A stretch of DNA of 64,000 nt from a virus. Location of the stretch: IMG/VR virus record IMGVR_UViG_3300021513_000001, positions 32,001 through 96,000 of that record, one strand, 5' to 3'. The notes under the pieces are model-generated. The model did no database searches. It saw only the letters and a list, made by a program, of their open reading frames with translations, and had not been told where the DNA came from. The position numbers and the translations under genes were made by a program. Below, piece by piece: positions 49,072 to 57,368 of this stretch. Positions within the stretch are counted from its first letter, which is position 1. The number at the start of each line of letters is the position of its first letter.

Positions 49072-50322
49072 TTAACTTTGATGAACAGTTGCTGTTATAG
49101 TTGCATCTCCAACAGAATCACCTGCTATATAATTTATACTAGCTATACCATCTTGATCAGTAGTAGCATTACCTACTGATAAAGATCCAGGACCTGTTAA
49201 TTCAAAATAAACAATTTTATTTGGAAAAGGCCTATTATATTGATCCAATACCGAAGCTCTTATATAAGACGTACTCAAACTATCAGCCGGCAAAATTGCT
49301 GGAGCAGAAGTAACAGATATAGAATTAACCATTTTATCAAACTGTGCAACTTGATAATCATAACCGGTTTTTAGCATATAAATTGTAGATCCATTACTAT
49401 TAGGATCTGGAACAGCAGAAGTATCCCTACCAAGAGTAAGATCATAAACTGTTTCCGGCGAACCGCCATTAATTAAATCCAAAACCATTGATCCATAAAT
49501 AGCGTGTGTAGGAGAGTCAACATTAGAAAAAAACATAAGAGTACCTTTCACAAACATAATACATGACACAAGATCGTTGTTGTTCACAATACCATCATCA
49601 TTAAAATCATAAACAGCATTTCCATCCCTATCCTTTACTTGACCAAAAACAGCAGCCTTTACATTTTTAAATTGAGTTCCTGCATTTCTAGATATAACAG
49701 AACCAGACTCAAGATCGATCTCATATAAAGATCCTTTAGAAGAATCTGTACCATCAAAGTCATTAAAATAATAACCACTTTTATAAAACCTAATTAAATC
49801 TCCAGAGTTATATGAGTACGTTAAAGGTGTTTTTACTGTAACAGTACTAGTAGTAAAACTATCAACAATTTTATCCTCGCTCTGTCCTAAAGAATTAGGA
49901 CCAATAACAATACGTAAATCATTTGCTAATCTACTACCATCAACTATAGATAGCAGTGTCTGACCAGCCCCCTCGTTAGAAGATAACTTTGTTGTATAAT
50001 GTTCTACAGCAAAAGCACTACCGCTTATTGTCTCAGATGCTGTAGATATAATTTCAAATTTAGCCATTTGAACACACACCAAATCTATTATCTTCCATTT
50101 ACGTATTATTACTCTAGAAGAACCCTGCTCCAAACTCCAAAAATATATACCGTCATAATCTAAAGATAAGACTTGGCTTGATACTGGAACATCTAGAATA
50201 TAACAAAAGGCGGTTTCACCATCAAAAGTTTTTTTAACTAAAAGCTGCAAAGAATCATTTATAGTATAAAAATAGTTATCAAAATAAACAAAATTTGGAT
50301 CTTGTAATGATATATTAGCCAT
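49072..50322 (-). CDS. 416-aa virion protein with a C-terminal Big_1 Ig-like domain
   Basis: AILPADSLSTSYIRASVLDQYNRPFPNKIVYF...TTDQDGIASINY...ATITAT. Also a DFNDDGIVNNND Ca-binding-loop-like motif. Confidence 0.82.
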   Translation of the reverse strand: MANISLQDPNFVYFDNYFYTINDSLQLLVKKTFDGETAFCYILDVPVSSQVLSLDYDGIYFWSLEQGSSRVIIRKWKIIDLVCVQMAKFEIISTASETISGSAFAVEHYTTKLSSNEGAGQTLLSIVDGSRLANDLRIVIGPNSLGQSEDKIVDSFTTSTVTVKTPLTYSYNSGDLIRFYKSGYYFNDFDGTDSSKGSLYEIDLESGSVISRNAGTQFKNVKAAVFGQVKDRDGNAVYDFNDDGIVNNNDLVSCIMFVKGTLMFFSNVDSPTHAIYGSMVLDLINGGSPETVYDLTLGRDTSAVPDPNSNGSTIYMLKTGYDYQVAQFDKMVNSISVTSAPAILPADSLSTSYIRASVLDQYNRPFPNKIVYFELTGPGSLSVGNATTDQDGIASINYIAGDSVGDATITATVHQS

Positions 50323-50323
50323 T

Positions 50324-50812
50324 CTACTTTAACACTCTCTTTTTAGGATTCCATATTAATTTTATATCTTTATAAGTGCCTTCAATAAACAAATCATCAG
50401 TAACTTCTATATTATTAATATACATTTTTATAGAATCCACATCTATACCTGAAGAAGGATAATCATCTTTTAATTTAACGACAACAAAAGAAAACAAACT
50501 AACATTATCTCCCTCTGGACTATAATAACTAACATAAGGTTTAATGTTGTCTGTATTTACATTCCCCCAGTCTATTTTATCACATATAGATTCTATAGCT
50601 TTTGGCAAAGAATCCCAAAAACCATTAATAGCTGTAGTGTGCACATAAATAGGCTTAATACTGTTTCCATCTTTGTCCTTATACAAAGTAGATATAGTAA
50701 ATACGTATTTATGATCACCAACTTCGTTTAATGGAATAATAGACTTTAAATCAACGTTTATTGTTATAGCCCCGCCATCAGAATTAGGATTAGTAACAAT
50801 TATATCAGGCAT
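50324..50812 (-). CDS. 162-aa virion protein with an Ig-like C-terminal domain
   Basis: DNIKPYVSYYSP...SSGIDVDSIKMYINN resembles the C-terminal domains of the 807-aa protein. The N-terminus resembles that of the 312-aa protein. Confidence 0.75.
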   Translation of the reverse strand: MPDIIVTNPNSDGGAITINVDLKSIIPLNEVGDHKYVFTISTLYKDKDGNSIKPIYVHTTAINGFWDSLPKAIESICDKIDWGNVNTDNIKPYVSYYSPEGDNVSLFSFVVVKLKDDYPSSGIDVDSIKMYINNIEVTDDLFIEGTYKDIKLIWNPKKRVLK

Positions 50813-50823
50813 TTTTTTTATTT

Positions 50824-51762
50824 TTATCCAGAATAATCTATTTGATTAGCTAATGACAAAATACCCCAAGTTAAAGCATCATCAACACTATTTAAACAAG
50901 AATTCGGAAAATATTCTGGATCATTATATCTAAGCTTTTGTACTTTAGATCCTTTAGCATAAGAATTTTGTATTCCGTTAAACCCATGCACACCGGCTGT
51001 TGCTACCTCTATAGAAGTCGATGTTCCAGACACCATTGTAAAATAATCACCAGGAATCTTATTACCACTAGCAGTTATACACAAAGAATCTCCAGCAACA
51101 GCATCCAACCCAGATTCAACATATAAAGTGCTAGTTCCAGCTGTATACGTGCTAGAAGTAACAACCTCACGAATATCCGTACCAGAAAGGCTTTTAGAAT
51201 CTATTGGAAGATCAAAACCCAAAACACCACTTGCTGTTCCAGACGGATCAACTTCAACAGAAGAAGCCGAAGCACCAGCTAAAGTCTTAGATATCGTACC
51301 TGATTTTATAACAAACCTGCTATTAGTAAAAGAACATCTGCAATTCTTATAACCAAGAGTTTTTCCAGCATCAACAGTCTCCATAGTAACTGCCCGTAAT
51401 TTTGTCTGAATATCAGATGCTACAGCATCACCAGTTAAATTTATACCCTCATCAAGCGTTATACTATAAAACTTACTAGCATTATCTATTTTAACTTTTA
51501 ACTCTTTATTGCCAGAATTTATAGTAAAAACAGCACCTTTAAACCCAGAACTTTTACACCAACCACACAAAAATTCTTGTATAAATATATCGTCTATTGT
51601 TGTTTTATTAACATAATCAGAATATGCATTTGTCCTACATGTAAGTACAAACTTTTCGTCACCTTCTGCACCAACAGGTACTATTTTTAACAAATCCAAA
51701 GTAACAGTTTTTGAATTCTCAGAATAACCTTCCAAATCATATACAGTAGCATTTATGGCCAT
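50824..51762 (-). CDS. 312-aa putative virion structural protein
   Basis: FTINSGNKELKVKIDN...ITLDEGINLTGDAVASDIQTKL matches FTIGPTNNILGINIDG...ITLTSGVNLDARFVAKDITEKM in the 511-aa protein. Confidence 0.8.
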   Translation of the reverse strand: MAINATVYDLEGYSENSKTVTLDLLKIVPVGAEGDEKFVLTCRTNAYSDYVNKTTIDDIFIQEFLCGWCKSSGFKGAVFTINSGNKELKVKIDNASKFYSITLDEGINLTGDAVASDIQTKLRAVTMETVDAGKTLGYKNCRCSFTNSRFVIKSGTISKTLAGASASSVEVDPSGTASGVLGFDLPIDSKSLSGTDIREVVTSSTYTAGTSTLYVESGLDAVAGDSLCITASGNKIPGDYFTMVSGTSTSIEVATAGVHGFNGIQNSYAKGSKVQKLRYNDPEYFPNSCLNSVDDALTWGILSLANQIDYSG

Positions 51763-51769
51763 TTTTTTT

Positions 51770-51936
51770 ACCGATGCTTTTTTGTTAACTTACGTTAACA
51801 AATGCACCACTCTCCTTTTTTTAGAATGATGGGGGCATCTCCCAAAGCTCGCAATAAAATATTGCGAGCGCCGTTGATATCTCTATCGATCCTGTTTCTT
51901 TTAAAATGTTAATGTATTAACAACAGTTAATTATCC
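51770..51936 (-). repeat. 167-bp structured element, copy 1 (candidate cis-regulatory leader RNA)
   Basis: Identical by my base-by-base reading to 52664-52830. Contains several hairpins and ends 7 nt before ATG 51762. Confidence 0.95.
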
Positions 51937-51953
51937 TCTTTTGTTAATTTTTT

Positions 51954-52259
51954 CTAAACTTCAAAATATCTTCTACCTATAAATTCAGTGGTATAATATG
52001 GACAATTATCGTCCATACATATCCACCCGCTTACTCTTCCTTTTTGATAAAATCTCATTCTTCCAAAAGTTTGTGTATGGTCTGCTTTTGGATACGAACC
52101 AGACACCGTACTTTGCGTAGAATACTTACATAATTTATATCTATACCCTGCCTTATTTGGATCAGATCCATCATTATACCTTTTATTCGTAGGTAAATTC
52201 CCACTACAAGTAGTACCAAATCTCTGCTCCCAAGTTAAAGCACAACGATTAAAAGACAT
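51954..52259 (-). CDS. 101-aa basic, Cys-containing protein (possibly metal-binding)
   Basis: Five Cys, including WICMDDNCPYY. Start overlaps the upstream stop. Lies between the two 167-bp repeats. Confidence 0.75.
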   Translation of the reverse strand: MSFNRCALTWEQRFGTTCSGNLPTNKRYNDGSDPNKAGYRYKLCKYSTQSTVSGSYPKADHTQTFGRMRFYQKGRVSGWICMDDNCPYYTTEFIGRRYFEV

Positions 52260-52659
52260 AACTCTCCCTTAAAGATGAAAACGTTCTTGCTGGGTAATTT
52301 AAATACATTACATGTATATCTTCCTCATGACAACTAGTATCTATAACTAAAAAATCATCACATAAAAATTTAGGAACTTTGCAAGAAGAGTCTATACTTA
52401 TTATAGCGTCCTTTAAATAAACAATATTACCTGCATATATAACATCGCCCCAACTTAATGTAGCTATATAATAATTTTTAAGAAATATGACGTACTGGTC
52501 CGTAAAATCTAACCTTATAGACTCATTACACGCTATCCTATTAGCTATACGCAAAGCCGGGCCAGAAAAATAAGCACCGTCTAGACAGGCCTTTAAATCT
52601 TTCCCTGTCTTAACATACCTAACATTTATCCAATGTAATTCTAAAATATACTTATCCAT
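52249..52659 (-). CDS. 136-aa hypothetical protein
   Basis: ATG 4 nt downstream of repeat copy 2. No motif recognised. Confidence 0.75.
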   Translation of the reverse strand: MDKYILELHWINVRYVKTGKDLKACLDGAYFSGPALRIANRIACNESIRLDFTDQYVIFLKNYYIATLSWGDVIYAGNIVYLKDAIISIDSSCKVPKFLCDDFLVIDTSCHEEDIHVMYLNYPARTFSSLRESYVF

Positions 52660-52663
52660 AAAA

Positions 52664-52830
52664 ACCGATGCTTTTTTGTTAACTTACGTTAACAAATGCA
52701 CCACTCTCCTTTTTTTAGAATGATGGGGGCATCTCCCAAAGCTCGCAATAAAATATTGCGAGCGCCGTTGATATCTCTATCGATCCTGTTTCTTTTAAAA
52801 TGTTAATGTATTAACAACAGTTAATTATCC
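52664..52830 (-). repeat. 167-bp structured element, copy 2
   Basis: Direct repeat of 51770-51936 at an offset of 894 bp. Fills nearly all the space between the 210-aa gene stop and ATG 52659. Confidence 0.95.
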
Positions 52831-52838
52831 ACACAAAC

Positions 52839-53471
52839 TTACAACCACAAAGGTTGGTGCTTAATAGTTACGTTAGCATTTGCTGTTTTCCCATTATCAA
52901 TAGCAGAAGGATTATGTCCAACAGCAGAAACTATACCATATGCTGTTTCATTGGCATTCCCAATACCAGGAAAACCAGCACTAACAGAGCCCTGAAAACC
53001 AGTAGCATCAATAGAACTAAAAACAACACCAGTAATATCATAATCTGTTGACTTTGTTCCCTCGGCACCACCACAAAGTACATAACTAGGGTGTGGCTCA
53101 GAAACCCACTGTTGTCCATTATATGTACATTGACCTGCACCCTGTGCACTACCCTTACTATAAGTATATCCAGTCATATAAAAGTCACCACTGGGGCCAG
53201 AAACAGCAGAACCGCACGCTGCAGGATTAACAGTACAGTTAAATTTAACTGTAGAATCTTCACAACCAGCGGCATTAACAATTTGAATTTCAGGACCACC
53301 ACCTCCATAAACAACCACAGAGAGTGTTTGAGTAAAATTCTTTATAGTATCATATGGCGTAAAACTACCCAACTGCCATAATCTTTGTACGTTAGGAGAC
53401 AAATTCCAATTAACAGATACTACCCCTGTAAATCCATCTACTGTTGTAGCCGACCCTATAATTACTGACAT
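52839..53471 (-). CDS. 210-aa tail-tube-like structural protein
   Basis: VVSVNWNLSPNVQRLWQLGSFTPY...FYMTGYTYS pattern resembles tail tube proteins. Lies near the tape-measure and hub genes. Confidence 0.5.
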   Translation of the reverse strand: MSVIIGSATTVDGFTGVVSVNWNLSPNVQRLWQLGSFTPYDTIKNFTQTLSVVVYGGGGPEIQIVNAAGCEDSTVKFNCTVNPAACGSAVSGPSGDFYMTGYTYSKGSAQGAGQCTYNGQQWVSEPHPSYVLCGGAEGTKSTDYDITGVVFSSIDATGFQGSVSAGFPGIGNANETAYGIVSAVGHNPSAIDNGKTANANVTIKHQPLWL

Positions 53472-53520
53472 TTTTTTATATCCGCCTTTATCTATTATTT
53501 CTAATTATAAAACATTAAGT

Positions 53521-53805
53521 TTAAAAAAAACTTATATCATCAGTATCCTCAAATTCGACCTCAAAAGCTTCCTTTCCTTTAAAAACATAATCTCCCTGCA
53601 TATCCTTATATGTACTCGCACTATAATTTGCAGAAGAATATTTTCCATTTACATCATAACCAATAAAATCCACACTCTTCTTTAACTCTTTTGTACTATC
53701 AAAAGAATCAACATTAAATACATCCACCCCAAACTTTTGAAATATTACAATAGGCCCTATAGTTAATGGAGCAGACATTCTCGATTTTCTAGATATTAAT
53801 CTCAT
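53521..53805 (-). CDS. 94-aa hypothetical protein
   Basis: Start is 1 nt after the upstream stop (TAG T ATG), consistent with translational coupling. Confidence 0.7.
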   Translation of the reverse strand: MRLISRKSRMSAPLTIGPIVIFQKFGVDVFNVDSFDSTKELKKSVDFIGYDVNGKYSSANYSASTYKDMQGDYVFKGKEAFEVEFEDTDDISFF

Positions 53806-53806
53806 A

Positions 53807-54631
53807 CTATTCTCCTATACCAACCAATGAAACATTATATTTATATACATCGCTAAAAGGAACCTGACTCAAATCACATGAAGCACCTGTAAGCTTAAAA
53901 GTAACACCACCAAAAGTTCTTGGCAATTTAGAAATATCTAAAGTTTTAAAAGGACTATAAACAACCAAATTCAACGTTGCAACCCCATGCACATCATAAT
54001 TTATAGAAATAGAATCACATTGAACAATTTGATCATCTAATATTTCTGCATCAGTAGCCTCAAATGTATAATTAACCGTAGGCACGTTAGTACCTAATCC
54101 ACCTGTATAAGAAAAAGACATTAAAAAAGCACGATCTGCTATATTTCCTATACTCATAACCATGTCTTCTCTATTGGCAGAATTAAAAGTTATTGGATTC
54201 CCAAAATACTCAATACTAAATGCGCTTTTAACAACATCCCCAATATAATAACTATAAGGACCAGCCGTAGAAGAAGCATTATAGCCAACTCCTTGATCAA
54301 AAATCTCAGAGAGTTTAATTAAACCTTCAGGAACATCTCCCAATACAGAAATATTTCCAATATTCTGATACACATAATAATACAAATCATCATCGCACGA
54401 ATATACTTTAGTCCATTTAAATTGACTGTTTATCTTTGTAGCACAGCCTGTTTTGTCAGACTCTCCTGGCATAAAAGGATAAGCAGAAATGCTAATAGTC
54501 TTTTCCTTTGGCCCCTTAACAATATCTCCTTCCAAAGTTTTCGATATTTTTGAATTAGCAGATACGTTTATACTAAAAACACCATTAAGACCAATATCTA
54601 AATCTCCAACTATTCTACACTCACACGGCAT
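53807..54631 (-). CDS. 274-aa putative tail-tube-initiator/baseplate protein
   Basis: Operonic position after the hub genes. AFLMSFSYT...VNYTFEA echoes FYMTGYTYS...CTYNGQ of the 210-aa protein. Confidence 0.5.
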   Translation of the reverse strand: MPCECRIVGDLDIGLNGVFSINVSANSKISKTLEGDIVKGPKEKTISISAYPFMPGESDKTGCATKINSQFKWTKVYSCDDDLYYYVYQNIGNISVLGDVPEGLIKLSEIFDQGVGYNASSTAGPYSYYIGDVVKSAFSIEYFGNPITFNSANREDMVMSIGNIADRAFLMSFSYTGGLGTNVPTVNYTFEATDAEILDDQIVQCDSISINYDVHGVATLNLVVYSPFKTLDISKLPRTFGGVTFKLTGASCDLSQVPFSDVYKYNVSLVGIGE

Positions 54632-54633
54632 AG

Positions 54634-55326
54634 CTACTCTCCCTCTGTTTCTTCCTCATAAAGAGTGTAATCACCAAAAACACCAACAGCTGGACCGCCT
54701 TCTGCCCAATCAGAATGTGAGTGCACAAGAATTCCACCATCAGGACCTACACCCCTAGGTGAAGAATCTCCAGGTTCTCCGGTTGGTACATTAACTTCTC
54801 CTTTTTTTGAAGTAGAAAGTTCATTTTTTGCCTCTTTATCTAATGGATCGTAGTTAGGATCTCCTGTTGTTTTACTAGAAACAACAGTTTTAATACCCCA
54901 CTTAATAGGTTCAAAACGAGAAGAAGTTGATTCTCCAACTTTCCTTGTAACACCAGTAATAGCACACCAAACATCACCCGGACTTGTCTGTACTCTTCTA
55001 TTAACTTTTAACAATCTTAATTTATACATTTTATCATAAGCAGTTATATTAAGTATAAGCCCACCATACTTAGACATAGAGGGTGTAATATCTAATGATT
55101 CGACATAGCCAGTAAATAATAATTTTGAATTCCCATCAACACTAACATATATTTTTATATTATTACCAGAAGTTATATTACTAGAACCTCTCGGTAATTC
55201 TACTGTTATAGAGGCAGATGCCCATAAAACACCGCGCTGTCTGGTAACACTAATAGATTTTACATAAGGTGTTTTTAATACAACATCTCCAATTTCCACC
55301 TTTGCCCTTACAGACTGTACTTCCAC
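54634..55326 (-). CDS. 230-aa baseplate-hub-like protein (gpD/gp44-type N-terminal barrel) with a C-terminal HxH motif
   Basis: AGGAG SD plus GTG start. Hub pattern VKSISVTR...SASITV...IKIYV...LLFTGYVE...NITAYDKM. VHSHSD near the C-terminus. Confidence 0.6.
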   Translation of the reverse strand: MEVQSVRAKVEIGDVVLKTPYVKSISVTRQRGVLWASASITVELPRGSSNITSGNNIKIYVSVDGNSKLLFTGYVESLDITPSMSKYGGLILNITAYDKMYKLRLLKVNRRVQTSPGDVWCAITGVTRKVGESTSSRFEPIKWGIKTVVSSKTTGDPNYDPLDKEAKNELSTSKKGEVNVPTGEPGDSSPRGVGPDGGILVHSHSDWAEGGPAVGVFGDYTLYEEETEGE

Positions 55327-55335
55327 TTTAAACTC

Positions 55336-57351
55336 CTATTCGTAATATGCTTCTGCCGGATTATTATAAATAGTAACATTAACAGCATCTCCTACTTCAA
55401 TAGTAGACATGGTCATGTTTAAAGCAGTGTAAGTTCCTATATTTCTTACATATACTTTAAACTCTAAACCATTTCCATAATCTCCAGTTACTATGCCCTC
55501 TCTACTTAAATTCTGATCAGTACGCCTTATCCACATAGAAGTATTAAACGAATCAACTCCAGTTAAAAAAGGACCTGAAGTAATAGTAGCTTTATAAAAT
55601 GATTTATCCTGATAAGACCATACTATTTTATTTATTATACCGCCGTTAAATCTTTTTCCCAAATCACTAGCTGATACACTATGCCCAGGAACAGTAGACA
55701 CACTTTGTTTATAACTAGCTGAAAATTTTTCCCCTAAAAGAGAAGCAGCACCTTCTATTTCTTCGTCTGTTTCTAAAAAAGGTAAAGTAACATCTATAGT
55801 TGCTTTACCTGAAGACATTTCTGCCATAATTTCACAAGGAGTATTTTCTAAGTCCTCTTCTGTTGTAGGATCATTATCTTGTATACAGTCTTCCATTTTT
55901 ATTAGCGTTGTAAAACCGTTTACATAATAAGCTGTATTTGATGGTCTATCTAATGTAACTACCGGCGTTGCACATAAAGTTATATCTTTTGCTATTTCTT
56001 TTATTATTTCTGTATGGTCTTCTACAAGAGCCTCCCCTGCTTTACTCAACTGACCTATTGCTGTATCTGTTTCTTTTTTTATCTGTATTGAAGGTTTATC
56101 TATTGACACCAAAGCAACCCCTTTAAAGGGAACAAATACATGACTAGATGAGCCTGCAAATTCTATTATACTAGAATAAAAAGCCCCATAAACGGCCTCA
56201 TAAGGATGTATATAAGGTATTCCAGCCTTTAAAGTATATTTTATAATCTCAGATCCTACCGTATTTACTCCACCAGGCTCCGACTCTATCTTATAATAAA
56301 AATCTTGTCCAATATTTAATTGTCGAACAACAATATTTTCATCAAACAAATCACATATTTTAGAAGAACTCAAATAACTATGTTCTCTTGCTGTTTTATA
56401 ATTATTTATTCTATGATATGTAACTATTACTTGATCAACACTTAAAATAGCGGTATCAGACTCATAAAAAATTACCAAATTTTCTGGTTCCAGAAACATA
56501 CAAGGCTGGCACTCATCTTCTAACATAGTTTTATATTCGCTTGTAATATCTATACCCAAAGATACACTGCCCTCCTCAACCTCAATATCTAAATCTTTAA
56601 CAAACCCCTGCCTATCGATACCTACATCAAAATTTAACATAAGTTGTGTAGTATCTGAAAAAACTACATCTACATCTTTCGGTTTTTTACATGTATATGC
56701 ATACCCTATTAAACTTTCAAAAGGTTCCAACTCAAAAGCACTATCCATTTCATCTTTAGTTGTATCCTGTAAATTTGGATCTCCGTAACTTATGCACCCA
56801 TGATAATCAAAAACCTTATTACCGCACGCTGTATATTGAAATTTCCCCAAACCTATTATTTCAACACCATTACCAACACCGTTTACAACTAATGGTATCG
56901 AATCCTTTATTATTCTTCTAGGCATTGGATCTAAACCTTTAACAATAACACAATAATCAATTTTTTCAAAATCATGAATAACAGAATAATAAATAACTTC
57001 TGGAACAAAATCCTCCTCTCCAACAGAAAGTATAAACGGAACACCATCCTCACTCAAACAAAAATCATAAAAATGTCCATTTTTTATCCCTTCTAGTAAG
57101 CCAAGCTTTAATACCTGTGAAGCACTCATATTATGAATATCATATTTTGGTAATTCTCCACACGGAATATAATCCAAAACTAGGCCTATAGTATCAAGAA
57201 CAACTTTTATTACATTTAATTTTTTCTTTCTTACTTCTGATTGCAACTCTGTTACATTATAAAATTTAGGAATAGATAAAACAGTATCTCCTACACCACA
57301 ACTAACACTATTCATCGTTCCTTTCTTATTTCTCATATAAAAACAAGACAT
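55336..57351 (-). CDS. ~671-aa putative baseplate hub protein with a C-terminal OB-fold-like segment
   Basis: GGAG SD before ATG 57351 (MSCFYMRNK). Immediately follows the tape-measure gene. YDFCLSEDG, CVIVKG, GIINKIVWSY and terminal EGIVTG...FKVYV...IEVGDAVNV. Confidence 0.55.
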   Translation of the reverse strand: MSCFYMRNKKGTMNSVSCGVGDTVLSIPKFYNVTELQSEVRKKKLNVIKVVLDTIGLVLDYIPCGELPKYDIHNMSASQVLKLGLLEGIKNGHFYDFCLSEDGVPFILSVGEEDFVPEVIYYSVIHDFEKIDYCVIVKGLDPMPRRIIKDSIPLVVNGVGNGVEIIGLGKFQYTACGNKVFDYHGCISYGDPNLQDTTKDEMDSAFELEPFESLIGYAYTCKKPKDVDVVFSDTTQLMLNFDVGIDRQGFVKDLDIEVEEGSVSLGIDITSEYKTMLEDECQPCMFLEPENLVIFYESDTAILSVDQVIVTYHRINNYKTAREHSYLSSSKICDLFDENIVVRQLNIGQDFYYKIESEPGGVNTVGSEIIKYTLKAGIPYIHPYEAVYGAFYSSIIEFAGSSSHVFVPFKGVALVSIDKPSIQIKKETDTAIGQLSKAGEALVEDHTEIIKEIAKDITLCATPVVTLDRPSNTAYYVNGFTTLIKMEDCIQDNDPTTEEDLENTPCEIMAEMSSGKATIDVTLPFLETDEEIEGAASLLGEKFSASYKQSVSTVPGHSVSASDLGKRFNGGIINKIVWSYQDKSFYKATITSGPFLTGVDSFNTSMWIRRTDQNLSREGIVTGDYGNGLEFKVYVRNIGTYTALNMTMSTIEVGDAVNVTIYNNPAEAYYE

Positions 57352-57368
57352 ATATACTCCAAAATACT

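Noticed and set aside
51770-52830. CRISPR array, tRNA, IS element or known ribozyme as the explanation for the 167-bp repeats
   Set aside because: Only two long copies, no cloverleaf or T-loop, no transposase, terminal inverted repeats or target-site duplication, and no hammerhead CUGAnGA/GAAA core seen.
2798-54758. Numerous 60-96-aa ORFs nested in or antisense to the long genes
   Set aside because: They overlap well-supported CDSs and have the composition expected of alternative frames.
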